Counted from the stretch's first letter, positions 1 through 13,674 are shown. The stretch: 64,000 nt of DNA from Sphyrna mokarran (GCA_024679065.1 JAGIQG010000008.1:95728001-95792000); one strand, 5' to 3'. Made by a program: numbers and translations. The notes: generated from the sequence alone by a model not told the origin.

Positions 1-189
1 TAAAGTGCCTTTCATTCAGTGCTTTTAGCATTTTTCCTTATTCTGACCTTATTTGCTGGTGTACTTTTGTGTTTATGCATGCTATGCTTTCCTGTCACAC
101 TCTGGTTTTCAATAACTGCATCTTTACCGTGCACTATGTCTTGTCCTCTCTTGTTAACTTTCCAAGTCTCCCTTCATCTAAATCTCCTC

Positions 190-890
190 CCCCATCTACA
201 GTTTGAAACCCTCTCTATAACTATATGATTCACCAGTGCTCTTGTTCCAACATAGTTCAAGTGAAGACTGTCCCAATGGTACAGATCCTATTTAGTCCAT
301 ATTGATGCCCATGAATTCAAATCCATTTCTTCCAAACCAATGTTTGAGCCACATATTCAACTCTCTGATTTCATATTACCCCTTACCAATTTGCTCGTGC
401 CTGTGCTGATAATGAGAGATTATTACCTCTGTGATTCTGCTATTTAATTTAGTTCCTCATTGTTCATACTCCCCCAGTAGAACCTCTTTCATAGTCTTAT
501 CTATGTTGTTGGGTCCTCTTCACTCCTCTGGTGATGTCCTGCATGGTGGCGTAGTGGTCAGCACTGCTGCCTCACAGGTTCAATTCCCTGCTTGAATCAC
601 CGTTTATGTGGAATCTACACGTTCTCCCTGTGTCTGCCTGAGTTTTCTCCAGGTGCTCCGATTTTCTCCCACAGTCTGAAAAACATGGTTAACTGCATTG
701 GCCATGCTAAGTTCTCCTTCAGAGTACCTGAACAGGCTCCACAGTCTGGTGACTAGGTGATTTTCATAGTAATTTCATTGCAGTGTTAATGTAAGCCTAC
801 TTGTGACTAACAAATAAACGTTAAACTTTTCATGCTCTTGGCTACAGAGAACAGTGACCATCCTCCTACGACTATGTTCCATTTTGCTCC
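190..890 (-). mobile_element. Degenerate CR1 LINE fragment (ORF1 esterase-like region), interrupted by a V-SINE
   Basis: Minus-strand reading around 400-520 gives NIDKTMKEVLLGEYEQ..TKLNSRITEVII, which resembles the SGNH/esterase part of CR1 ORF1. Similarity resumes after the SINE at ~830. Many stops and frameshifts. Confidence 0.55.
544..829 (+). mobile_element. V-SINE (HE1-related tRNA SINE), 'AATAAATAAAC' tail subfamily
   Basis: tRNA A-box head TGGTGGCGTAGTGGTCAGCACTGCTGCCTCACAG, B-box GGTTCAATTCC, V-domain GTTCTCCCTGTGTCTGCC..GGTGCTCCG..TCCCACAGTC, and tail TTCATTGCAGTGTTAATGTAAGCCTACTTGTGAC..AAATAAAC shared with four other copies here. Confidence 0.9.
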
Positions 891-1664
891 CCTTGACTAG
901 TTTCCTGCATCTGATGTAATATGATGATTATGTTCTACAATACTTCACTTTCTATCCAAAAAATAACTCCTTAAAATCCAAAGTAAGAATTTTCACAATT
1001 GCTGGACACCAGCTTGTTTATTGTGTGATTAGGGACTCACATCACTAATATTTATCTGGAATCAAAAACAATAACACAGATACTGTGGAGCCACTATGTC
1101 TCTTGTTTTCACCTGGTATGGGTTTGAACTTCCTGACAGGTCAGGATTTAGATGGCAAACTGTCCGGTCAAATTGTTAACCCAATAATATATTGTCTTCA
1201 TCATATTGTGGCGCAAATATCTGATGCTCTGAAGTGCCATACCTTGGCCTGTAGGACACCTATAATCTTCCCATGCAATGAACTCCCAGACTTGCAATTG
1301 CAGAAAACACTGGCCTTCTTTACAGGAAGGTAGGAGATAAAAATGTCTCCCTGTATCAAAATCAAGAGTTAAAACCAGGAGAAACATTATACCAAATCAT
1401 GTTGGGTTACTTTAACTACTTATTTGTTTACTTTCTGTTTAGAACGATGATGGCGATTCCAATTTCAGTTTAATGTTTCCCAGCTCTGTATTATTTTTTG
1501 GAAGCCAGTTTCCAGCTTTTTTCTACTCTCAGGGATATGACTATATGCAAAACTGTTGCGTTGCATTAAAGCAGGCAGCTAGACCTCCATAAATTCCTTT
1601 TGACAAAGCCAAAAACCTTTACCTTCCAAGCTGAGCTAATGAAGCTGGCCATAGTTTATTGATA

Positions 1665-1810
1665 TAGCATTTGTGGCGAATGGGATCAAAAGTTACAGGG
1701 AGAAAGTAGGATTAGGCTTTTGAGTTGGATGCTCAGCCATGATCAAGATGAATGGCGGAGCAGGCTCGAAGGGCCTTCTGCTCCTATCTTCTATGTTTTT
1801 ATGTTTCTAA
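1665..1810 (+). mobile_element. CR1 LINE 3' end fragment
   Basis: GATGCTCAGCCATGATCAAGATGAATGGCGGAGCAGGCTCGAAGGGCC..CTGCTCCTATCTTCTATGTT is the typical CR1 3' terminus. Confidence 0.8.
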
Positions 1811-2024
1811 GCTAAGCGAGAGGCCAAATACCATAGTGTGGGACATAAGCAAGATTGATAAGTATTAGAGGGGTGAGATGAATTAAGAAATAGAGGTAAT
1901 AGATAATACAGGAAAGATAAATCCAGAACATTACTGCAAGTCAAACTAGGGGAGGCAATCCCTGGCTTAATGATACAGAATCTCCTCAGTCACCGGCTAT
2001 TTATTACATGATTGTATTATAGTA

Positions 2025-2108
2025 TCAAATAAACCTGTTGGACTTTAACGTGGTGTTGTGAGACTTCTTACTGTGTTTACCCCGTCCACTGCCGGCATCC
2101 CCACATTA
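2025..2108 (+). mobile_element. Short interspersed repeat, probable Penelope-like (PLE) pseudo-LTR 3' fragment
   Basis: AAATAAACCTGTTGGACTTTAACGTGGTGTTGTGAGACTT..CCCC(A)GTCCA..GCC.GCATC..CACAT recurs almost identically at 59857-59942. The PLE assignment is from recall. Confidence 0.55.
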
Positions 2109-3548
2109 TATTACATGTTTGGCCAGGCTCAGGAACAGGTTCAGAAGGAAGTTGTCCTCCTCTCACGCCCCACCCCCCCCCGCCCCCCGCCCCCCCGCAC
2201 CAGTTGAATATTGCTACCAACAGTGCTGTAAAATTATTAAACTGACTCCATTGTCATTCATGGAGGGTATCAGCAAAATGGATGGTAAACTTCTTGATGT
2301 CTCAGTGTTAGTTTGATCCCACACGTTCCAAATGCAGAAAGTTAATTCTGACTTTACGCAGCACTGGAAGATGGTTAGATAGGGAAGTCTGTCTGTTTTA
2401 CATCTCAACTGATTTTTATTTCCACTGAGGTTGTTAATCACCTGCTTATTTTCATTGCATGGTATCTGATGATTTTTCTTGTGGCAAGGTCTGAGTAAGG
2501 AGACTGGGGATTAGACTGTAACTTTATCTGTGATGACACATTTTCAATCTGGCTTTTAATGAAATTTATTCCGGACTAAACCAGAATCTGAATTGAAGAG
2601 GGTTTCATTATGTTCAGAGCGAGAGTTTATGCCATCAGCCTCGACTATTTTGAATGTACAAAACTAACAAAATATGAAGCTGAATCTCAATGAGACTTGA
2701 CTTTAAAAAATAATCCTGAGGAGAAGGGAATAAAATCTACCTCAGAGTAGAGAGAAGGCATTTTGGTTTATTCCACAGACTACTGCCAATAAAGAGATAT
2801 TCTGTGCAGTTAAAAATTACAACTCCTCTTCATAGCATTCACGGAAAGCAGTTTGCAAAGTGTTATTTTTGCAGAGGTTATTTGATAGGAAATGTACATA
2901 TTTTGAAACCTGCAAAGGAAATGTACTACAGTACTTTGCTGTTAGATATTAGACAAAGAGCCAGCTGCTACCTCACAGCTTTGTTTGGCTAACATTTTGA
3001 GGGTTTTTCATTCCACATCTGACAATCTGCTAACTTAGTTAACTCATAAGTCAATGTATTGTCACTGTTTAAGATGTATAGCCAAATCTGAATTTGAGCG
3101 ATTCTTTCCATGTAAACATGCAAGTTTCAAGGTTGCTCTCAGTAACAACAGTGCTAGAACATTGGGCTTCCAACCAGAGACATGTTCCTTCCCTTAAATG
3201 GCTTTACTGATGCCTTCTGTGCAAATGTTAACTGCTTGAAAACAAGGTGTAAAATCCAAGTTTCCTTCTTCTCCTTTCTCGTGCCAGCAACAATATTTAA
3301 TTTTGTTGTGATGATAATGGCCATGCACACTCTGAGCACTTATTCTGGCGTACCATGTTGCCTGCACTGCAATTGCAAAATGGCCCTTGGAGGCACATTA
3401 AACAAAGTAATAGTGTATGTTCCAATTTCACTGTGTTACAATGTTACCAAACAATAATGGAACTGAATTGTCAGCGTTCAATTTTCAAACATTTTATAAA
3501 CATTTTTTTGATCCCTTGTTGTGCTCAACCAATAGTAGCTAAAGCATA

Positions 3549-3832
3549 TGGCACAGTGTTGCCTCACAGCGCCAGGGATCTGGATTTCCTTCCCAGTTTG
3601 GGTCACTGTCTGTGTGGAGTCTGCATGTTCTCCTTATGTCTGCCTGGGTTTCCTCCAGGTGCTCTCGTTTCTTCAAAAGAGTCAGAAAGATGTGCCAGTT
3701 AGGTGCATTGACCATGCTAAACTCTCCCTCAATATTTCCAAACAGGTACAGGAGTGTAGCGAGTAGGGGATTTTCACAGTAACTTCACTGCAGTGTTAAT
3801 GTAAGCCTGCTTGTAACAGTAATAAATAAGTT
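3549..3832 (+). mobile_element. V-SINE, 'AATAAATAAAC' tail subfamily
   Basis: GCCTCACAGCGCCAGGGA head, TGGGTCACTGTCTGTGTGGAGTCTGCATGTTCTCC core, tail GGGGATTTTCACAGTAACTTCACTGCAGTGTTAATGTAAGCC..AATAAATAA. Confidence 0.9.
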
Positions 3833-4104
3833 TTCAATCTTTTGCATGCAAAAAACCCAGTTTAGGGCATTGCTCCACTCGCATAAAGTATCACGTCAGC
3901 AGTAATCACTTTTCTGTGAAGACTTCACCCAGCCAGTAGAAGGACGATCAACACAGTTGGCCCTTCTACTGGGGAAATGGTGTTTATTCCAATCTTTGTC
4001 TCTTAATGCTATGGCATCATTCATCTTTTGCCAAGCATTAATTGGCTGTTCAGTGCAGCATTTTGCATCACTGGTTATAGCCATGAGCATTTTTCAAAGA
4101 AAAA

Positions 4105-4485
4105 TGAACAATATTTACATAGCATCTTATTACATCTCTCATAAGTATCTCAATGTATTTCTCATGCAATTAATTAATCACTTTGCAATCTATTGGCTGT
4201 TGTCAAGGAGGCATATGTGACAGCCATTGTGAATGTACTAACATTCTATTTATAACAATGAATGATTAACTGCATGGTTAATTATTTTTGGAAGCATTGA
4301 TCAAGGAAAGAATGTTGTTCAGGGCACTGGGACATCTTTGAAAACTTTGAATAGTACCATAGAATCTTGGATCAGTGGAAAGAATTGGTCAAAAACACCA
4401 CCCGAAGGATGGCATTTTCAATAATACAGTATTCCCTTAGCACAGCATTAGAATGTCCGCCTAGATTATATGCTGGAGCCCTGGT
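4105..4485 (-). mobile_element. Old Deu-domain SINE remnant (SacSINE1/AmnSINE-like)
   Basis: Degenerate ATTTACATAGCATCT tail plus TGAATAGTACCATAGAATCTT and CCGAAGGATGGCA..ACAGTATTCCCTTAGCACAGCATTAGAATGTC.GCCTAGATTAT blocks. Related remnants near 11230-11370 and 34860-35090. Confidence 0.55.
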
Positions 4486-4491
4486 CATATT

Positions 4492-4627
4492 GGTCAGAAT
4501 TCTCCAACCCCAACTGCAGCTGGGATTCTCTGCTCCTGCTGCTATGAATGGAGATCTGACTGTGAGCTAAATTCTCCATTTTCGCTGGCAGCAGTAGCAG
4601 GGTGAGGAAGACCAGAGAATTCCAGCC
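4492..4627. mobile_element. MITE with imperfect TIRs (PIF/Harbinger-like)
   Basis: Ends GGTCAGAATTCTC and GAGAATTCCAGCC (10/13 inverted), flanked by ATT on both sides (3-bp TSD). Confidence 0.65.
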
Positions 4628-6609
4628 ATTGTTTATAAGGCACAATATTCATAATCTTTATTTTGCCGCAGAGCAAGGCTGTAATTTGAAAAGAGTGGGC
4701 AGAAATTGGGTTCATTGAGAATTTACTTGCACTCTTGAAACACATCAAGCAAAAGTTAAATTATATGATCATAGATCTCAAGTTGAGTGCTGCTATAAAA
4801 AAAAACATGGAAGAAGTTACTTAAATTGCCCACCTATTTGAAAGAATTATAAAAACTATCCATCACTAATCAGAAGGGTAAGCACTTTGTTTCACTGCTC
4901 TATAAATATTTCATTGGGAAAAGATTTGACACTTCTGTGAAGACACTTTGTCAGATACAGGCTAAAGACCTTGCTATTGATTTGTGTTCTAAGATATGGA
5001 AAGGTATATGTAAGTCAATTACTCCACATCAGTAAATGTGAGGTTAAGATTGATCCAAATGAAAGTCTTTAGCAGAGTTTACTAAACCCCAATTATACTC
5101 AACTATGGAATCCAAAAAAATGTGGTGCTGCTGCAATAAAGGCAAGGGGAATCCATTTTATGAATGCATCAGAATAATGATATTCTGCAGAAACATATTG
5201 AAACGCTCCAGCTCTCTTCAAAGTGATCACTAGTAATTCTCTGCCATGGAAATATTTAGTGATACAAGTGGCCCAATTCTTCTCCTAACTCACATGTTCC
5301 TATGCCTGTATGTAAGTCTATGCAGTGGAACTCTTCCCAACCACCTGTGTCCCCGCAATGTAACCTTGAGCTCAAAGAAAATGATATTATATATGTATGA
5401 AATATTTTAGAAATATATGATAAAAGCTCGATCTGTTAACTTTTATGGGATACCACCACATATGGAAAGGTGCGGAATAAGTAAACCAGTTTGCTAACTT
5501 CACGTTTTGAGGCTATATATGGTTTGCCTAGAGCAGCCATCTCTTGGGGTCCCAATCATTTCCTGGTTCAAATACATCCTCTCCTTCTCCTCTCTTTTGT
5601 ATCAGTGCCCAGTTACTTCAAAGATGCCCTTGTAAAGATGTCTGAATTGCACCCGTTGATCTAATAGTTTTGTCTGGCATTGACGAGGAAATATAAACAT
5701 AAACTTCACAACAAGCACAACTGAGTGCATTGCTATGCTCTGTATATTTGTTTTCTATGGAAGGAATTTACTGCTTGAAGCAAACAAATGAGTGTAACTG
5801 CCATGAGCAATGGTGCTGTGAGTGATAAGACTATTAATAATGAAGGGAAAGTCAAAATAAGATACTGCAGGGTAGAATTTGTGCTTATCAAGATTAGGGT
5901 CTCAGTGCTACTATTGCAACACATTTCTATTTTTGGTACTCAATGCAGCCATTGAGCGCTCACATATTAGACACAAAGTTTACTTTATCCAAGTTATATA
6001 CCTTAATTCCAGCAACATATCTTCAGCATAACCTTAGGAAAGTGATCCTGATTGCATGAGTGTGATTTCCAAAAACAGCCTGAACCTAAGTGCAGATAAT
6101 TCTGTGCGGTAGTTGCATGCCCATTGGAAACTTTTCAAAAAGAATATTTACCATCCATGCAGAAAATAAACTTTCACTGGAATGGTCTAATACATATTGG
6201 ATTGGCCCTGGGTGTGGTCAGCCATATGTGTCTTGTGAGGTTTGTTTGATGACTTAAAAATGTACAGGACATCTTGACATTGAACATTCTGAGATGTAAG
6301 ATTTGAAGTAAATGAAGGAATGTCGTACAATCTAAGTTTTCTAATGGTCGATTATACCTGAGCACCTCCTAATAGTGGTTATCCATGGAACACCATTGTT
6401 GCCTCACTTTAAGTTTTTGTAAGCTTAATGTTATAACATTGGTTAGAACTATGATATGACCCTTCTGTGTACTAAGTGCTGATTCTCAACACATTTGTTT
6501 TGAGCCTGCATTCTGAGGATTGTGCTGATAACAACATTAATACTGAACTCAGGAGTGGGCTGATAATGGAAACAGAAGATCAAGGTGGAGCAACGCTTCA
6601 AGATGTACT

Positions 6610-6990
6610 CTATTCTAATTCTGTTTTTAATTTCTATTCCACTATCTCACTGTCACAGTCTGTTTTCTGCCTGTTTGAGTCTTACTCTCCGTCTGCCTCA
6701 TTATCTATTTTCCAGAATCTTTTTCTGTCTTGCACTCTATACCCCGCTGCCTGTATTGCTCTCTGTTTCTGTCTGTTTCTATGTCTTTGTCTTACTTCCA
6801 ATGTCTCCTTCCATCTTTCTGTGTCTTATGTTATCTACCTCACTATTTGCCCTATTCATTGTGACTTTTTTTTACTCAGCATGTTTTATTCTGTTTTATT
6901 CTGATCGTATCTTACTGCCCCTCTCACTGTTTGTATGCCTTCCTGTCTCTTAATTTCTGATTTTTCCCTCTATCTTTCAAAGCTTTCTCA
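6610..6990 (+). repeat. Pyrimidine-rich (T/C) low-complexity tract
   Basis: Long run of degenerate TCTG/TCTC/TTTC units. It explains the spurious ORFs 6476-6904 and 6585-6953. Confidence 0.7.
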
Positions 6991-8709
6991 TCTAGGATTT
7001 GCATGTTAGTTGTTATTTTTTGGGTAAACCTTGACTAATTATTACCCACTAACTGGAGACAGTACCTTGTGGAGTTCTAGAGATGCTACTTTAATGTCTT
7101 AATGAAAAAATACATGGCATGCAGAGGTTGCATTGCTGTGTACTCTGGCATGAAAAAGTAAATTAAACTTTAATAACTTGTGTTCTGTAGTCACATAGAA
7201 ATGTCTTATTATTTTATGGCTTCACAAATGGACTATGCGTCGTCATACCAAATTTGGAAGTTCGCTAACAGGTCACTAACATTAACTAATGATTTTAAGG
7301 CTCCCTTAGTAAAATATTAATTTTATATAAAAAGCTGATGCCCTGAATGCAGGGTTAACAGAGCCTTTCTTTTGGGGATTTCAGCAAACAAAAAAAGCAC
7401 ACACCAGCTACTGTACACCAGTCTAATTTAATTAATGTTCCAACACACAATTGCAGTTACCAATTATTCCAACAGTTACAAGCTCCAAAAAAAGAGAGTT
7501 ATTCCAGACAAATTCCATTTTTGGCCTGACTAATGACTGTCTAAGTGATATACACTCTACAGACCTTGAATTGTGCATTCTGAATTTATATTTGTGATTT
7601 CCTGTGCATGACGCTTTCCAAAAGCACAATAAAGCATTTTATTGTAATGGGGCTGATTTCACTGAGAAAGTATTTGTGGCAAAGCCAATGCCACAGAAGT
7701 TTAGAGGGGGGGATAAATGAGTCCCCACTCATCCCAGCAACTACTAAATACAATGCAACTCTGGGATTCAACACTTTTCCAATGACAAGGAATTAAACAA
7801 ACTTCACTCTTTTTTTTAATTCTCCAGCCGGTGCCTGCTGTTTTTGAAAAAAAAACTTGAAAGACAAGTTTTCAAATTTTCACTACAACTATGCCATTGG
7901 GAGATATTTCTCCCAAGTTCAGCTAGTATTTGGGATGAGGAGGGTTAGATAGCAGTCAGGACAACACAGGAGACATTTCGCTTACCTGTAATAGGGAAAA
8001 AAAATAACAGCACTTTGTCAGTAGGGTGGAATAAAAAGAAGTATTTGACATAGTTGACTTTTACTAATTTTTCAAATTGCTTTTATAGGCCAACATAGGG
8101 ATCCAATCAAATCTCATTAACACATATTACAGCAGTGCTTGACCCTAACCCTGCAGAATGAACCAGAGCTCTGTATGATGAGCACAACAAGTACTTTAAT
8201 CTATTTCTACTCATTAACTGGACAGCAGACACAGTCTTTGGAAGGTGGGAGTGGGGGTCATGGAGTCCTGTGTGTTACTTCCTCCAACATTATTGCATTA
8301 TGTTAGTGCCTGAGTTTGTGCTGCATTGTAATACAATATTTGTGACTTGTCTTCCTCATTTTCCATGCCAATTCCCGTTGAAACTATGAAGCACTCCCGC
8401 AGAACAGCCCTATTTTTATGGTCATATTGATTAGGTTAAAGCTGTTATTCATTAGGCAGGTACATGGGTTAGCAGGTTCAATGGCTGCGGAATTTATTTT
8501 TATGAATTCTCCCTTTTCTTCAAAGGCTGCTTCCCATTTTGTGGGTCAGAAAGGCACAAGTGATGGATTTCTCAGAGACCACCAACTGTCATTCTGTCAG
8601 AGCAAGCTGGATGATTGCAATCCTTTGTTCCATTCCCCAACACCGCCCCCATACCCCCACCACATGAAAAGACTCCAATGTTCACCAGAATAATCTCAAC
8701 TCAGCAGAT

Positions 8710-9810
8710 CTAAATGCCTCCCCTTGGTATTCAATGGCACCTCATCACCAAATCCCCCAACATCAATTTCCTGGCTCACCTCTGACCAGAAACTAGATTA
8801 GCTAAACGAATACTGTAGACATAAGGACAGGTCAAAAGCTGGGAATTTGGTGGCAAGCAACTCCTGACTTCAGAGTCTGTTCACACGCACAAGTCAAGAT
8901 TTTGATGGGATAATCTCCATTTTTCTGGATAAGTGGATCTCTAACAGTACTCAAAAAGCTCAACACCATCTGGATAAAGCAGCCCACTTCATTACATCCC
9001 AACCAACATTTTAATCGTCCACTCCCTCCATCACCAGTGCATTATGAAAACAGTGTGGGTCATCTACAAAATATGCTGCAGCAACTTGCCAAAGTTTCTT
9101 TGACAGCACTTCCCAAATCTGCAATCTCTACTATCTAGATGAACAATGTAGCGGGTACGCTGGAAGATGACCACTTCCAAGTTCCCCTATCTTTCTCAAT
9201 CTTCTCCGGCCCTGTTAGTGCATAAGTCAGACTTTTGTCTGTTTCCCTAGATGATTATTCCTGGAACAGGTCACTGGTCTGTCCCAAGGGGCTTATACTT
9301 TGAGGGGCATTATACCACATCAAGCAATCAAGCATAGCACACACATAGACACACACACACACACAGTCTAAGAGGTAATATAGGATGCACACACACTGTC
9401 TAAGGGGTAATGTAGGATGACCAATCCATCTAACCTGTATATCTTTGGACTGTGGGAAGAAACCAGAGAATCGGCAAAAATCCACGCAGACACAGGAAGA
9501 TTGCGCAAACTCCCCACAGACAGACACCCAGGTCAGAATTGAACCCACGTCTTTGGCACTGTGAGGCAGTAGTGCCACCCAGGTTCCCCTACAAGTTGTG
9601 CATAATCACAACTTGAAATTTTACTACTGCTCCTTCACAGTTAGTGCCTCAGATTCCTGGAACTCCTTCCCTCGCTGCAAGTGCACCTTCACCACACGGA
9701 TTGTAGTGGCCTAGAAGGTAGCTTATTATCAATTTCTCAAAGGAATGATCAATAAATGCTGACTTTGCCAATGGTGTTCACATCCCATGACAGAATAGAA
9801 AAATAAATCA
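8710..9810 (+). mobile_element. Degenerate CR1-clade LINE 3' part, split by a SINE insertion at 9190-9578
   Basis: Decayed ORF2 C-terminus (..AQV....WD.SP..W.S.S...LKKLNTI..KAA..) and 3' end CAATAAATGCTGACTTTGCCAATGGTGTTCACATCCCATGACAGAATAGAAAAATAAA. Confidence 0.7.
9190..9578 (-). mobile_element. V-SINE with atypical 3' extension and 13-bp TSD
   Basis: V-SINE head and core on the minus strand (9578-9405), then a GT-rich segment and a unique tail. Flanks CCAAGTTCCCCTA (9177-9189) and CCAGGTTCCCCTA (9579-9591). Confidence 0.8.
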
Positions 9811-12800
9811 TAATGATAGGAAATGTTGTTGCTGAAGCTTATGCCTATCCAATAGAAATGTGATTAAAGACCAAACCAAGGTAATTGGATTGAAGAGGAC
9901 AACTGAACACATTTCCTTTTTTAATGTTCTTCACTCCTCTTTTAGATGGTGACTGCTAGTACAATGTTTAACTAGATATGGTATCAAAGCCAAACCCAAT
10001 TTTATTCTCACCCAACGCAGGTAGTAATTTGAAACGTAAGTTGATTTTCTCCAACTTAGCATGAACTACTGAGACCCAATTATAGTCACTCTTCAATCCC
10101 TGCAGCTGACATCAGCTAACTCAGTAGAGACCAGACATTGATCCTGGTGCCTTTCTGTTTCTCATGGTCTGGTGTTGTAGCTTTCAATGCCCTCCCGGAG
10201 CCATTGGGCAGTGTTCTAATAATCCAAATATAAAAGTAGACTCTCTGCTTAAACTGTATTCCCCAAATTGGTCATAAGGCATTACTGGATGATAGAGTAT
10301 GTCCTAAAAACAATCGGTTCTTATCATCTGATGAGGAAAGAAAACAAAATGCTGGCCCCAAACTTGTTTTAAATACCACACTTGGTAGCTTTCTAGAGAT
10401 AGATTAAGAGATATGCACTGCATATTTACTGATGTGAAACAATGTCACATGTCCCACAGACACGCAGAAGCAAAATTATACATATCACAAATAAAAGCCT
10501 TGCCTGAGTCTCCAATTTGCCAGTCATTCACTGTAGCTGTGTAATCAAAGCAATTGTTCATATGACTGACTCCCACCCTCTAATCGGCATTTTTATTCCT
10601 GAGATATAGACATTATAAATAATATTAATGAAAAAAAGTGTGTAATGATCCTGAATAGACAATGTGATGAAATGTTATATTTAATTTAGTATCATAATCA
10701 ACTTTTACATTCCTCTTGGGGTGCCAGTTCCTCTAGTCTGAGTCACCAACAAGAACCTTTCCCATCAAAAAGAAACCTGGTGGAATGTGTCACATTAACG
10801 GCAAGAGAAAGCAATGTTTCACTTGGTTTTGCTGGATGCTAGTGGGTTTAATGATGTTTGTAAGCGCATCATTGTGGTATAGCATGCAATTTGGGAAAAT
10901 CAGGACATAATATGTGGTATTATTAAATACAGATATTAATAATCTTTGTATTAATGTCATAAGGCAGCACCAATGCTCTGTTGATTGCACGCTGGACAAA
11001 ACATCACAGTGAGCTTGTTGCAGACTTCCTTTGTAATCAATTCACAGGGAGATCAGCAGAACAGCTTAGGTGGTCCTCTTAAGTTCCAGTTAATAATGCC
11101 AAAGACCTAATAGTCTGCAGTAGCCTGCAAAATGCAGCAAAAAGCAAAACTGAGCTGACCTCAAAGAATCTAACAACTATATAAGCCAAGTGAACTTCAA
11201 TTCTCGGAAATGATCCTGTGAAACAGATTCTCTGTGAGAAGCCTCCTCAGTCATATTGTGCTATGGATTTTACAGCTACATGAAAGGTTGCAGACATGTC
11301 CAGTTGGTTTAAAGTCACTGCATTGCAATGCCTTCCCCAATGGTCCGTATGGACATGTGATCATAAAAATACAGGCCTAAAAATGGTAAGCGTAAGGCAT
11401 GCTTTGTTGGTTAGTGCAGCAGAGTAAAGAAAAATGTCCGCTTGCAGCTCCATTGTTGTTGAGAGATATTAGGGTCATTGGACACATTGGCAGAAATGCC
11501 TTTATTTTGAGCTCTGCAGCACCTGTAGATTTGTCACCAGCAAGAATCCGTTTAAATAAGTGCAGCCTTAAGTTACTCCTTTCTCAAAGTCGTCACCAAC
11601 TGCAACTAAAAAGCACCACAAAGCTCAATTCAGTAAACATGCTGATTCCTCAGGATTTCGCTCAAATGTATACAATTAAATGGAAATCATCTTCTCTCTC
11701 TCTGAAGAAAAAAATCCAGATCAGAACTCCATCACACTCCCAACCTTAGGTTAATCATGTACATTTCATTTCATGCCTGGAAAGTTCTAGCCGAAATCAG
11801 GGACTAACCCAGGACTGCCCCGCAAGTTGATCTTTGATGTCACAGCATAATGGCTCCTGAAAGAACAGCACTAATACTTAATGTAACATGAAACCAGGGC
11901 CGAGCAGAGGGGCTGTCTGATGTCAGGAACAAACTGCTTCTCTGCTGCTCTCTGGAGCTGACAAGTGCAAGGGCTGGCAGGGCAGCAGTGCTGTCACTAC
12001 TCCAGCAGCCAGCACTGTGATGAGTGCAAATGGTGTTTTTTTTTCTTCCCCCATCAATGTCATAAAAGTGCAGAAATGTTCAGCCTCACTGACTGATAGC
12101 CCTGGTCGCTACATAGTTGGGACAGTCAGCTCCTCTTAATCAAATGTTACCCATCCAAGGAAATAAAATCCATATATCTCAAAGCAACCCTACCATGAGG
12201 ACACGTGGATAATTTGCAGGGCTATGACAGAACAAGGGCTGGAGTTTAATAGGACATCTCTATCAAAGTGCCAGCACTTGTATGATTCTTTATGTGGTAT
12301 TGTCAGTAAATTCATATTAAGTGTAGGATGAATGATAATGACTATTGTTTGGGTTGGTGATAGGTTGATCCAGATGCTGCTGTGCTCTCTCCTCTGTCAG
12401 CTACCCGCATTCGCCTGTCCATTATCATGCTTCCAAATAGGCCTTATTATAGGCTGCTCCTACAACCTTAGTTTAGGACTGGACCTCCACTCTGCAGTGT
12501 ACTACAATACTTACCTCATTTTTTAGAGCTATTCAAGATCAGACGTCCCTCCTGATTAATTCCCCTCAACTCAGACTCAAGAACATGTAACTAGGTGCAC
12601 TGAGTCTAAATAGCTTCCACCCACAGGAAGGGAATCAGCCTAGATTATCCTGATAACTTGATTTTTAAATAGGTGCTTAGATAGTTTACGGTTTTGCTGG
12701 ATATTAAAAGAGTCCTTTTGAAACCTCTCCATAAATATTCCCCCACCATAATGGGACGGGGCTCGGGTTCAAGAGTCGCTGATGCAGAAGATTAAATGTG

Positions 12801-13460
12801 ACAATTTAAGTGCATACAAATTTCTTACATAAGAAAACATGCAACTTGGTCATTACGCGAAAAGCATAAATCGCAACACTAGAGAAATACCAAAAAGAAA
12901 TGAAACGATAACTAATTCTAATTTCAGTGAGAAATCAATCTTTAGCCTTTATTTGTTATGGATATAAGATTTTTAATAAGAAGTAGGGATATCCATCAAA
13001 TATTAAAGTAAGATAACCTTAATCCCTAAGGGTGTGACACTCATTAAGTTCTGAATGATCTGAAGCCAATCTAAAAAGTCTAACAAATTTGAAATTATTT
13101 GAGTTTAGGTTGAGATATTTATAATGAATTTTAGGGTTATTTAATTGATGGTTGCACAGAAGATGTTCATTTGATCAATAATAGACCATCCCTAATTAAT
13201 GTCACATATTTGGTGAAAAGACTGCCTATTTTAGTGAGAGGGCCCATTCAATTAGTAAGAAATTTTATTTGGAATTTATTCTTGAAAACTAGACCTTAGG
13301 TAACTGTTATATTAGTCAATTTACTTAGTCAAGGTGCAGGTTCCAGCAAGGTATTGGGACCTTAGGCCAAGTATTATTTTATAAGCTTATTGGTTTTATT
13401 ATCAGGAGTAGCATTATAGGCTAATATGCTGGCAAGTACCATGGATTACCATTTTCAATG

Positions 13461-13674
13461 GGCTGGATTCTCTGGTCTCCCCACACTATGATTCCCGTGG
13501 TGGGAGGTGGCCTGCTGTTGGCCAGCAATGGGATCTTTTGGTCTCATCAATGTTAATGGGATTTCCTATTGCCTCCACCCAACTTTGCCAGGAAAGTCAC
13601 AGCAGGGGTGCAGTCAGCCAGACCAAACTGGACCAGAAGATCTCGCTGGCATGAACAATGAGAAAGTTCCAGCC
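13461..13674. mobile_element. MITE (PIF/Harbinger-like TIRs)
   Basis: Starts GGCTGGATTCTC and ends GAAAGTTCCAGCC, the same TIR type as 4492-4627 and 23717-23833. Confidence 0.6.

Noticed and set aside
6476-6953. Hydrophobic membrane-protein-like ORFs
   Set aside because: Artefact of the T/C-rich low-complexity tract.
12700-13430. Mitochondrial insertion (NUMT) in an AT-rich unique block
   Set aside because: No recognisable mitochondrial gene, tRNA or control-region motif on either strand.
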